A DNA stretch of 62,956 nt, counting the filler. It is 6 parts of 6 records of this genome, joined end to end, with 100 filler letters (N's around TTAATTAATTAA, not from the genome) between each part and the next. Parts side by side here need not be neighbours in the genome. Positions count along the whole stretch, not along the records: positions 48,562 to 57,484 come from SRR20825006_2635; positions 57,585 to 62,956 come from SRR20825006_2652; 4 more parts are not named here. The stretch is one strand, 5' to 3'. Both the position numbers and the translations under genes were made by a program. The notes beneath the pieces are model-generated. The model searched no databases and was not told the origin of the DNA. It was given only the letters and a program-made list of their open reading frames with translations. Below are positions 50,034 to 58,887 of the stretch, piece by piece. The stretch's first letter is position 1; each line of letters opens with the position of its first letter.

Positions 50034-51398
50034 TTATATTTGTAGTATTGAATCTTTATATTTCCACGCTCCTCTTTTATAATATACAAACGCTATAATT
50101 GCAGCGAGGGCGTTGGAAATAGGAAAAGCCCACCAAATCCCTTCATAATCCAAAGGTGTTTTATTGGATAACATAAAGCCAACAGGAAACCGAACCACCC
50201 ATAAAGCTATAATAGAAATTAACATGGAAACTTTAGTAAAACCAGCTCCATTAAATACCCCATTTAAAACTTGTTGCACTCCTAACAGACCAAAGCTAGG
50301 CGACATTATTTTAATGAATTTAGCTCCTATTTGAATCACATTTTCATCGTCTGGAACAAAAAATCGAGTTAAGGGTTCAGCAAAAAAAAACAACAACATC
50401 CCTAGAAAAGTAAGTCCTATTGCGGCAATTAACGCACTTAAATCCCCTACTTTTTCTGCTCTATCAATCCTCCCTGCTCCAATATTTTGCCCCACCAAAC
50501 TAGTGGTTGCAATAGATAATCCCAAAGCGGGAACAATTACTAAACTCAATATTCTAGCACCAATTCCATAGGCTGCCACCACATCACTACTAAAACTTGT
50601 AACTAGCATAACCATTGCTGTCATTGCAGTTGCTCTACTGGATTGATCTAAACTGGAAGGAATTCCAATAACAAACAAGTTTTTAACCCATTTAAAATCG
50701 AATTTCATATGGGAAAACTTAATTTTAATCCCCCTTTTTCCTCGGAAGAGAATCCACATTCCTGCCATAGCAGAAATTCCTTGTGTAATTATACTTGCAA
50801 TAGCAGCACCCGCAACTCCATAACCAGGGATAGAACCGTAACCAAATATAAACAGAGGATCCAAAATAAGGTTAAGAATAACGGTAGCTAAAACGATATA
50901 CATCGGAATTAAAACATTACCAATTCCACGCATTAGCGATTGGTATACGAAAAACATAAATAGAAAAATAAATCCCCATGAAGAAACCTTAAAATAGGTA
51001 ACAGAATCGTTTAATATTTCTGGACCTGCTCCCACTAATCTCATAAGTGGATCGGCTAAATAGTAGCCTAAAAAGGCTAAGAAAATAGAAATAAAAAAAA
51101 TTACAATTACAGTTTGAGAAGCAGAATAATTTACCATTTTTTGGTCTCCTGCTCCTTTGTGCTGAGATACTATAACCGTACCTCCAAGTGTTAATCCACC
51201 TCCCAATGATAATACTAAAAACAAAATAGGAAAACTTAAACTTACACTTGCTACTGCATTTGCACCCAATCTCCCCAACCAAAATGTATCAATTAATTGA
51301 TACATGGTTTGTAGTATATTAGCCATAATAATTGGAAAGGCTAATCCTAAAAGTGAATTAAGAATATTACCTTTAACTAAATTATTTTCTTTTTCCAT
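50034..51398 (-). CDS. MATE family efflux transporter
   Basis: ~12 TM, DTFWLGRLG, NLILDPLFIFG, GVAGAAIAS, GQNIGAG. Confidence 0.92.
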   Translation of the reverse strand: MEKENNLVKGNILNSLLGLAFPIIMANILQTMYQLIDTFWLGRLGANAVASVSLSFPILFLVLSLGGGLTLGGTVIVSQHKGAGDQKMVNYSASQTVIVIFFISIFLAFLGYYLADPLMRLVGAGPEILNDSVTYFKVSSWGFIFLFMFFVYQSLMRGIGNVLIPMYIVLATVILNLILDPLFIFGYGSIPGYGVAGAAIASIITQGISAMAGMWILFRGKRGIKIKFSHMKFDFKWVKNLFVIGIPSSLDQSSRATAMTAMVMLVTSFSSDVVAAYGIGARILSLVIVPALGLSIATTSLVGQNIGAGRIDRAEKVGDLSALIAAIGLTFLGMLLFFFAEPLTRFFVPDDENVIQIGAKFIKIMSPSFGLLGVQQVLNGVFNGAGFTKVSMLISIIALWVVRFPVGFMLSNKTPLDYEGIWWAFPISNALAAIIAFVYYKRGAWKYKDSILQI

Positions 51399-51442
51399 CC
51401 ACTAATTATAATATAGCTTAAAGTTAAACTATTTATAGGAAA

Positions 51443-52219
51443 CTACCTTCCTCCATTGGCACGAAGATCGGCTAAACATTGACTATCTAATTTGGGAATA
51501 TTTTCTTCTGAAATCATTCCCCCTATATTAATACCAGACTCCACACGGTAATTCATCAAACAAGTTTCAACATCACAATGATGTCCGTTTTCTGTATCAA
51601 GATGGTCTGTTTGCATTTCGGAACCCAAATCTACAAGCCCTAAAAGATGAGAAAACTCATGCCTATAAACGGTAGATTCCAATAGCACACGACTAGGCTC
51701 TGTAAAATCATTACTAAACTTTTGTATGGTTTCTTCAAAGATAACAAATGATGTATTTCTATATGCCACTCCTAGAACTACCGAATTCTCATCGTTGTCC
51801 TTGTATTCTCCATCCACAAAAAAAGCAAACAATGCTAATCTACTTCCAGAATTATAGTGTGTTCTTATTTCCTTCTCAATACTATCTATCTCCTCAATGG
51901 TAAATAACTCCTTATTAGGAGAAACTATAGAACGCTTATTTATTTCCACACCTCCAGATTTGTAACAACGCTGATTGATAAAAGAAACTAAATTATCTAA
52001 AGAGCTTTGCGAAGGCTCAAATCCTTCAACATACACCACTTCAATAACTAAATCTGTAAAATTATCTTCGGATAAAAAATCGTTAGCTGAATCTCCTGTA
52101 CCCTGTCTATTAGCAGATTTTGTGGGATTATTTGTTTCCTGTGAATCGTCATCCTTAGCACAAGACACAAAAAAGATGAAGCTAGCTACTAAAAAATAGC
52201 GAAAGGTATGTTTTAACAT
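51443..52219 (-). CDS. Zinc metalloprotease-like lipoprotein
   Basis: Lipobox FVSC, HEFSHLLGL, HHC...CLM. Confidence 0.75.
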   Translation of the reverse strand: MLKHTFRYFLVASFIFFVSCAKDDDSQETNNPTKSANRQGTGDSANDFLSEDNFTDLVIEVVYVEGFEPSQSSLDNLVSFINQRCYKSGGVEINKRSIVSPNKELFTIEEIDSIEKEIRTHYNSGSRLALFAFFVDGEYKDNDENSVVLGVAYRNTSFVIFEETIQKFSNDFTEPSRVLLESTVYRHEFSHLLGLVDLGSEMQTDHLDTENGHHCDVETCLMNYRVESGINIGGMISEENIPKLDSQCLADLRANGGR

Positions 52220-52254
52220 TCGTTCGTTTTTTTATGCAATATATTAATATTCAA

Positions 52255-52289
52255 TAAAAAAAGAGGCGCTCTCTTTAAAAAGCGCCTCT
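52255..52289 (-). terminator. Intrinsic terminator closing receptor-hmuY-doxX operon
   Basis: AGAGGCGCT-10nt-AGCGCCTCT with A-run on the left (U-run on minus strand). Confidence 0.75.
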
Positions 52290-52353
52290 AACCACATGAA
52301 TTAATGAATAACTAATTATCTAACTGACTAAAAGTCAATTAAATTTCTTCTCT

Positions 52354-52800
52354 CTAAATTGGTCTTATCCAAACTAGAGGTTTCCATTTTTTATATTCCT
52401 TAAGAACTAAAGCAAGATTGATGGCAAAAAAGGCTAAGGTTTTTAGTAATTCTCCTGTTTCTTCCCTTTCCAAAAAATAATGAAACAGAAAAATATGTAG
52501 GGTTATAGGAAGTAAAAAAATAGCTCCTATAAAACTTGTTCCTTGGATAATTAATAAGAGTCCAAATAAAATCTCACAAATCCCCAATACCTGCCAAAAG
52601 TAGCCTGTTTGCTTTGCGCCACTTATATAAAGTATTTTTTGAAGGGTACTTTCCTTCTCTGGAGATGAGAATTTTTCGGCTTTCTGAAACACTTCAATTG
52701 GGGTAGGACTTGGTTGTTCAAACTTATGAATTCCTCCATAAATCATGAGTCCGCCTAAAAACAATCGAAGGATTATAAATAAAATACTAACTGCTTTCAT
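52354..52800 (-). CDS. DoxX family membrane protein
   Basis: LRLFLGGLMIYGGIHKF, EILFGLLL, LPITLHIFLFH; starts 1 nt after hmuY stop. Confidence 0.8.
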   Translation of the reverse strand: MKAVSILFIILRLFLGGLMIYGGIHKFEQPSPTPIEVFQKAEKFSSPEKESTLQKILYISGAKQTGYFWQVLGICEILFGLLLIIQGTSFIGAIFLLPITLHIFLFHYFLEREETGELLKTLAFFAINLALVLKEYKKWKPLVWIRPI

Positions 52801-52801
52801 C

Positions 52802-54286
52802 TTACAACAAATTATATTCAAATTTAGGATATCCACGCTCTCCACTTTCACTTAACAAAGCAGTAAAACGGATTTTATAATAATTTCCATCGGGGTCTTT
52901 GAGAACATAATATCTATCATTCTTTGCTACAGGCGTTGATGAAGAAGGTCCTGTTGTAGATCTCCATCCACTTCCTATAATATTCTTTTTATCAAATACT
53001 AATGAGTCTTCTATTACATCGCTCATCGTAAAATCTTCATAAGACTTTATTCCATCTTCTATCACTACTTCATATACCCCTGTCCCACCTAAAGTATTGT
53101 GTAAAACAAAATCTGAATAAGTAGTTCCAATTTCAGTTGCAAAAACTCCTGAAAAATTAAGATCCCATTCTGCTTTTGCTGGTTCTACAGATAATGCTTT
53201 ATTATTTGTCAAACTAAAAGCAGTACTGTTATATTGCGGAGTTTTACTTATTAACACCTCAGAATAATCCGTAGCATCTAAAGGCGCATATTTCAACTTG
53301 TAACTATCCCCTTCCATTGTAACTCTTATTTTGTACCACCCTCTATCTACAGACCCAGTATTTATCTTTCCTGGTTCTGCGGGTGTATCTTCAATTTCAG
53401 TTCCCATATAAACCAAATAAACTTTGTTCTCTTCATCATTTACAGCAATTTCGGATATTGCAGTTCCCTCTAATTCTCCTGTAGATGTATCAACATATGG
53501 TTCATACATTGAATACGAAACTTTTACTCCTACTTTATATTCTTCAACTGAATTTACGGTTACCTCTTTAAAAGATTGTGTAAATAAATCAAAACTATTT
53601 ATGACTAATGGTGGATCGAAAACTGTTGAGCTAGTTACCGCATTTATATCTGTAAACTGAGTTAATTCTGCTGCTGAAACTCTCAATGCAGGATTTAAAA
53701 ACACTCTATTTTCTGATCCAGAATAAAAAGCGAGCTCCCACGTATCTCTTTTAATTGGAGTCATTTTTTGAGAACTCAAATCAATAAATACTTGATTAGG
53801 ATATGTAGAACCTCCCCAATCTGGAGATAAAACCCCACCAAGAGCAGCGCTTTCTGTAAAACTAACCGCTAACGAAGTATTTCCTTGTATGCTACTTTCT
53901 GGATTTGAAATAGAAGCTAACTTAAAAGTAACCGACATTTCGGTTCCTTCAATTGGGTTTTGTAATTTATTAAGGGTAAAAGTCGCCGAATTACTCCCAG
54001 CGGTTACAGGAACTGTAATAGTACCCTCTTCCGATGCTGGATTGGTTGTAAAATGTGTGTCATATTCTGCATTTACCGTTGTGTAGGTAATTGTAGCCGT
54101 ACCGTTTTCTGCTGCGTTTCTAGAAAACACTAACTTAACTTCCTTTGTTTCTTCTTCCGTAGTTAAACTTACCGAAGGATTTTCGAAAGCTACTACAAAT
54201 TCTTGCGTAGTTTTAGTATCGTCATCACTACAGGATGCGAGTATAAATAAAACAAAGAGGTTTAAGATTAAAAACTTGTTTTTCAT
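52802..54286 (-). CDS. HmuY family lipoprotein with N-terminal Ig-like extension
   Basis: Lipobox LASC, WELAF, WDLNF, YYVLKDPDGNYYKIRF, GERGYPKFEY. Confidence 0.8.
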   Translation of the reverse strand: MKNKFLILNLFVLFILASCSDDDTKTTQEFVVAFENPSVSLTTEEETKEVKLVFSRNAAENGTATITYTTVNAEYDTHFTTNPASEEGTITVPVTAGSNSATFTLNKLQNPIEGTEMSVTFKLASISNPESSIQGNTSLAVSFTESAALGGVLSPDWGGSTYPNQVFIDLSSQKMTPIKRDTWELAFYSGSENRVFLNPALRVSAAELTQFTDINAVTSSTVFDPPLVINSFDLFTQSFKEVTVNSVEEYKVGVKVSYSMYEPYVDTSTGELEGTAISEIAVNDEENKVYLVYMGTEIEDTPAEPGKINTGSVDRGWYKIRVTMEGDSYKLKYAPLDATDYSEVLISKTPQYNSTAFSLTNNKALSVEPAKAEWDLNFSGVFATEIGTTYSDFVLHNTLGGTGVYEVVIEDGIKSYEDFTMSDVIEDSLVFDKKNIIGSGWRSTTGPSSSTPVAKNDRYYVLKDPDGNYYKIRFTALLSESGERGYPKFEYNLL

Positions 54287-54292
54287 GATTGT

Positions 54293-56413
54293 CTAGTTAA
54301 AATTTAAATTATATAATAGTTTTATAAAGTAGGATCTTCCGTACCCCAAGAGCACATTAGAGGGAGGTCCCGAATGCACCCCGCCACTCACAGATGTGCT
54401 GTTTACCCTAGTAACATCTAATAAATTTCTTGCACCAAGAGTTAGCTGAAGTTTGTTGTTGTAAAATGCCTTTCGTATCGACGCATCCCACCAACTATAC
54501 GCATCTTGTTTGCCTCTAATTAATATTGTTTCTCCATTTTCATCTTGATCTTGCAAAAACTGATATTCGGGTCCGTTGTGTTTAAAATATGTTGAAAAAG
54601 TGGTATTCCATTGAGGAACACTATAAGACAAACTTGCATTTAGTTGTAATGCCTTTAAATAATCGTCATCATAATTTCTCCCTTCTAAAACTTTAGAAAC
54701 TCCCGAGTAGGAAATTCCTAAATTCCCACTAATATTTTGATACATAAATCCATTAGAAAACGATACATTCCATGTTTTATATTTGTCAATATTAGTATAC
54801 TGATATGCTAAAGGAGAACTATTTACAATGATGAGTTCAATACGGTCGTCTACATCTATATATCCAACAGATAATTTGCTCCTTAAGCTGAAATTATTCT
54901 GAAACTCGAAGATTTTTTTAGCATGAATAAAAGCAGAAATTCCCTCTTCTGGTTTTAAGTCTTCATTACCTCGTACATCATGATTGGCATCTACGAAATA
55001 AGAATACAGCTCTGTAAAATTTGGCATTCTTGGCGCTGTACCTACAACCGCTCTAACCTCCATCTTATTTTTAAAAAGGTATTTAGAAGACAATTCTAAA
55101 GCGGTTTGCGTATCAAATTTGTTTGAAAAGAAAACCCGAGCTCCTGGTCGGAATGAAAGCCTACTATTTGGTACGTATTCTGCAGATGCAAACACATCAT
55201 AAGAGCCTATTTTTCTACGGATATTCTCTCCATCATAATCTCCAGAGATAGAAGAGGCATACCCTTCATTTTGACTAATCTCATAACCAACTTGAAAATC
55301 AAAGGCATTTTCATTTAAAAAATTACTAAACGTTCCTTTGGAATAGTATATGCTACGCGATTCGTATTCAAATTCTGCTATATCAAACTTTTCTTCTTCT
55401 AAAATTCTATAGTTATACGTTTCTGCATTTTTCTTTTGTTGCTGAAAAGAAAGCGAAACATTGTATAAAATTCCGCTATTAAAACTTCCGTTTGCATTTA
55501 AATGATGCATAAATCTTTGGGAAGTAAATATTTCGTCCGAAGAAATAGGATTTCGTGTTTGTGTGGAAGGGTTGTAATTTTCTCTTACTACGGAATCGTA
55601 ACGAGAAACTTTTTCATTAAAATATTCAAACTTGTAAAACATTTTCATGTTTTCAGCTTGATAGCTCAACATCCCTTTTGTGTTGTATTGCAATTTAGGA
55701 AGCCACTCATAGCCACGCTTTCCATCGTTATATTGATAACTTTCTCCCTGCTTATCTCCCCATAATCCTGCAAAATCGTTTCGTGTGGCAGTAATATTAG
55801 CATATAACTTTTCAGATATATTATTAGAAACACTTAACGATTGAATATGCCTTCCTTTATCAAACCACCCATACTCATCTCCAATGGTTTCTTCTTGTAA
55901 ATAGGGTCTTATTTGCCATTTGTAATTAGCCGATTTTTTGGTAATAATATTAATAACACCCGCAACGGCATCTGCTCCATATTGAACTCCCATGGCGCCC
56001 TCAACAATTTCAATCTGTTCAATATCATCTAAATTAATTTGCGTTAAATCGGTATTATTTCCAAAACCTTCATCGTTTACTAGCGGAATATTATCTACCA
56101 AAATTTTGACATATTGACCGTCTAAACCAAACATTTTTATACTTGATTTCCCAGTGGAAGCATTTGGAAGAATTGAAATATTTAAAGTCTGATTTAAAAC
56201 ATCTGCCAAATTGTTTCCTGCTTGACGATTTATGTCTGCTTGACTGATTACAGTAACTTCATAAACCGATTTTTTTACCGACTGCGGATTGTACTGTCCA
56301 GTAACTACTACTTCCTCCAAATCGTTTACTACTAAAGAATCCATTATTTGAACCTTTTGAGCAAAACCAAAGCTTACAGTTAAAAATAATATTAGGTATG
56401 TTAGTTGTTTCAT
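54293..56413 (-). CDS. TonB-dependent receptor, HmuR-like heme receptor
   Basis: EVVVTGQ, IEIVEGAMGV.YG..A..GVINIITK, PRMP...NH..GNEDLKPE (FRAP/His/NPNL-like); upstream of hmuY-like gene. Confidence 0.85.
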   Translation of the reverse strand: MKQLTYLILFLTVSFGFAQKVQIMDSLVVNDLEEVVVTGQYNPQSVKKSVYEVTVISQADINRQAGNNLADVLNQTLNISILPNASTGKSSIKMFGLDGQYVKILVDNIPLVNDEGFGNNTDLTQINLDDIEQIEIVEGAMGVQYGADAVAGVINIITKKSANYKWQIRPYLQEETIGDEYGWFDKGRHIQSLSVSNNISEKLYANITATRNDFAGLWGDKQGESYQYNDGKRGYEWLPKLQYNTKGMLSYQAENMKMFYKFEYFNEKVSRYDSVVRENYNPSTQTRNPISSDEIFTSQRFMHHLNANGSFNSGILYNVSLSFQQQKKNAETYNYRILEEEKFDIAEFEYESRSIYYSKGTFSNFLNENAFDFQVGYEISQNEGYASSISGDYDGENIRRKIGSYDVFASAEYVPNSRLSFRPGARVFFSNKFDTQTALELSSKYLFKNKMEVRAVVGTAPRMPNFTELYSYFVDANHDVRGNEDLKPEEGISAFIHAKKIFEFQNNFSLRSKLSVGYIDVDDRIELIIVNSSPLAYQYTNIDKYKTWNVSFSNGFMYQNISGNLGISYSGVSKVLEGRNYDDDYLKALQLNASLSYSVPQWNTTFSTYFKHNGPEYQFLQDQDENGETILIRGKQDAYSWWDASIRKAFYNNKLQLTLGARNLLDVTRVNSTSVSGGVHSGPPSNVLLGYGRSYFIKLLYNLNFN

Positions 56414-56477
56414 TATTTAGATTGATTCTGAATAATTTTATGACAAATATATAGTTATTTTTATTCAATCTAAATAA
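56413..56477. promoter_or_regulatory. Two oppositely oriented AT-rich dyad boxes (candidate Bacteroidota Fur boxes) flanking a TAnnTTTG promoter element
   Basis: TTATTTAGATTGATTCTGAATAA (56413-56435) and TTATTTTTATTCAATCTAAATAA (56455-56477); TATATTTG on minus strand at 56444-56451. Confidence 0.65.
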
Positions 56478-56525
56478 ATTTTATATTTTTGTTCCATCAG
56501 AAATGAAAAACTAATTATATCAACA

Positions 56526-57425
56526 ATGAAAAAATTATCAATTTTTATAGGCTTAACAATGGCGAGCCTTGCTGTAACAGCTCAAAAGCACGATAAAAGT
56601 GCGGATCAAAAAAACATTAAAGACATGTGTGGCTGTTATGAAGTACGTTTCAATTTTGCCGAAACATTTAACAACGCAAAAGATTCTACCTACCAAGCTT
56701 CCAAAGTAAAACAAGTAGGCGCTTTAGAATGGGTACAATTGGTAGAAGACAAACCCAATAAAATTGTAATGCAGCATTTATTAATTGCCAACGACACCAT
56801 GATTATTAAACATTGGAGGCAAGATTGGTTGTATGAAAACACCAATTTATATCAGTTTTATAAAGACAAAACATGGAAGTTTGAAAAATTGGCAAAAGAA
56901 GATGTAAAAGGGCAATGGACACAAAAAGTGTATCAAGTAGATGATAGTCCGCGTTATGAAGGCACCGCAAGTTGGGTACATGTTGACGGGAAAAATTATT
57001 GGGTAAACACCACCGATGCTCCTTTACCAAGAAGAGAACACACCGTTCGAGACGATTATAATGTTATGAAGCGTAGAAACATACATGCCATTACAGATTA
57101 CGGTTGGTTGCATGAACAGGATAATGATAAAATTATTAGAGACGATGAAGGAAATGATTTTGTATTAGCTCAAGAAAAAGGCTACGACACCTATACAAAA
57201 GTAGCTGATGAAAAATGTAAAGCAGCACAAGATTGGTGGAAAGAAAATGAAGCTTTCTGGAAAATTGTAAGAAATAAATGGCAAGACTTATTTGAGCAAA
57301 ACAAAGATATTGAGTTACAAAAAAGCGTTGACAACAAACCTTTATTTGCGCATTTATTTGCGATGCCTGCAAACAGTAGTAAAAAAGAAATTGAAGCAGT
57401 AATTGACAGCTTTATTGTGAAATAA
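56526..57425 (+). CDS. DUF6607-like exported protein
   Basis: Signal peptide; MCGCY, QHLL, IKHWRQDW, VYQVDDSPRY, PLPRR, GWLHEQDNDK; homolog of 11163-12245. Confidence 0.82.
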   Translation: MKKLSIFIGLTMASLAVTAQKHDKSADQKNIKDMCGCYEVRFNFAETFNNAKDSTYQASKVKQVGALEWVQLVEDKPNKIVMQHLLIANDTMIIKHWRQDWLYENTNLYQFYKDKTWKFEKLAKEDVKGQWTQKVYQVDDSPRYEGTASWVHVDGKNYWVNTTDAPLPRREHTVRDDYNVMKRRNIHAITDYGWLHEQDNDKIIRDDEGNDFVLAQEKGYDTYTKVADEKCKAAQDWWKENEAFWKIVRNKWQDLFEQNKDIELQKSVDNKPLFAHLFAMPANSSKKEIEAVIDSFIVK

Positions 57426-57459
57426 ATTACCGCAATATTTAATCTATTTCTACCTAGAG

Positions 57460-57484
57460 CCCTTCGGTAAACTTAGGACAGGCT
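57460..57484. repeat. REP-like arm at contig end
   Basis: CCCTTCGGTAAACTTAGGACAGGCT resembles CCCTTCGACAAGCTCAGGACAGG-type REP; similar to 42506 remnant. Confidence 0.45.
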
Positions 57485-57584
57485 NNNNNNNNNNNNNNNN
57501 NNNNNNNNNNNNNNNNNNNNNNNNNNNNTTAATTAATTAANNNNNNNNNNNNNNNNNNNNNNNNNNNNNNNNNNNNNNNNNNNN
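57485..57584. other. Artificial contig spacer
   Basis: N44-TTAATTAATTAA-N44. Confidence 0.99.
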
Positions 57585-57681
57585 TTTAATACTAAGCTAA
57601 ATAAACTCCTTAAGCATAAAAATTACTGAATAAAGAAAACTAAAAATTAAATATTATCATTACGGAAATCCTCAAACACAT

Positions 57682-57710
57682 AAAAAAGCCAATCACATTG
57701 AATTGGCTTT
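57682..57710 (-). terminator. Intrinsic terminator after HTH gene
   Basis: AAAAAAGCCAAT-8nt-ATTGGCTTT. Confidence 0.7.
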
Positions 57711-57731
57711 CTATATATTAATTTTTAATAT

Positions 57732-58037
57732 TCATTCTGGAATATCTACCCCATATTTATCTTCAAATTCCTTAAAAAGTACTTTTAAGGAATATTTTTC
57801 ATGCCTACAAATATTATATATAGTTGAGATGGGTATATTATATCCTTCTAAGGACTTTAATTTACTTATAGTTGAAGAAGATAGTCCTACCATATCGGAA
57901 TATTGATTTTGAGAGATACTTTTCCCCTCTTGATTCTTGGTAACCCTTAAAAATTTATCAGCAATAAAATTACATAAATGCTTGTTTATTAACGCATTTG
58001 TTTTATTTAGCTTTTTTTTATCATTTTTTATTGCCAT
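57732..58037 (-). CDS. Small XRE/Cro-like helix-turn-helix protein
   Basis: SQNQYSDMVGLSSSTISKLKS..GYNIPISTIYNIC. Confidence 0.75.
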   Translation of the reverse strand: MAIKNDKKKLNKTNALINKHLCNFIADKFLRVTKNQEGKSISQNQYSDMVGLSSSTISKLKSLEGYNIPISTIYNICRHEKYSLKVLFKEFEDKYGVDIPE

Positions 58038-58085
58038 TCATACTACTTCTATACTCAAATGAAATAAATAATCAAAAAATAACCG

Positions 58086-58099
58086 TTCGCTTTAGCGAA
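58086..58099. promoter_or_regulatory. Palindromic operator candidate upstream of HTH gene
   Basis: TTCGCT-TT-AGCGAA. Confidence 0.5.
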
Positions 58100-58138
58100 T
58101 GATTAAATTATTTTTATTATATTCGTTTTTGAATAACA

Positions 58139-58146
58139 TATATTTG
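58139..58146 (+). promoter_or_regulatory. Bacteroidota -7 promoter element
   Basis: TATATTTG matches TAnnTTTG, ~45 nt before the long hairpin. Confidence 0.55.
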
Positions 58147-58190
58147 CAATTCTTCAAATAGAAAAATATTAGAAGTAATTGCTTTGAATC

Positions 58191-58320
58191 TTGTATCGGA
58201 AAACTGGTAATTTTTAGACAACGAGATGATAAGTAAATTGGCTCACAACCCGGGTGTGGGCTCTCTTATCGTTGTCCGGTATACCAGTACCTCCGATACA
58301 ATAAGTAGAGTTTCACACCC
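58191..58320 (+). ncRNA. Putative structured RNA/leader with two alternative folds
   Basis: Nested helices TTGTATCGGA/TCCGATACAA, CTGGTA/TACCAG, GACAACGA/TCGTTGTC, GCTCAC/GTGGGC; 58252-58269 also pairs with 58301-58320. Confidence 0.65.
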
Positions 58321-58805
58321 AATTATTTTATACATAGAAACTATTACGCATTTTCATAGCATTTCTTCATCAATAGGTTTCTAGCATTGCATTTACAATG
58401 TTTTATATAATGAACCAACTAACTACCTCATTATGGTTTTGTTTATTGCCTTTAAACCTTTCATATGGTTTGAGGGTATCGGTCATGGATAGACTTTTTG
58501 TAAAGAAACCAAAAGGTCCTATTTAGACCATTTTTGTTACGGGATTGATGATATAAATTATTGATTTTGGCATACGATACACAGTTATCCCGTAATAATA
58601 CTCTTCACGAATCACGGAAACCACCGTGTAAACTATTAGCAAGCTTAGAACGAATTTTTAAGGTTTCGCTGGCAACCTGAACTATCATACTTTGGTATGA
58701 AATTCAAACAGTGAAACTAAAATGTTTAACTAATTTAAATTAAAGTATATAAGAAGAAACAGTCAAAAAATAGCATCAACAATAAATTAGTTTCAAACTA
58801 AAAAA

Positions 58806-58846
58806 AAAGGCTCTCCGCCATTGTGGAAAGTGATCGGAAAGCCTTT
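58806..58846 (+). promoter_or_regulatory. Stem-loop just upstream of susC
   Basis: AAAGGCTCTCCG...CGGAAAGCCTTT preceded by A-run. Confidence 0.5.
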
Positions 58847-58887
58847 GTATCAATTAAACGAAGTCTAACTAATAACATTTCAAAATT

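Noticed and set aside
58398-58526. ~42-codon ORF (MFYIMNQLTTSLWFCLLP...) in the HTH-susC gap
   Set aside because: Short, no recognisable motif, overlaps predicted hairpins; a leader peptide cannot be supported without Ribo-seq
58038-58887. Cas12f/TnpB or sigma factor gene or pseudogene in the gap
   Set aside because: No ORF or recognisable remnant of adequate length
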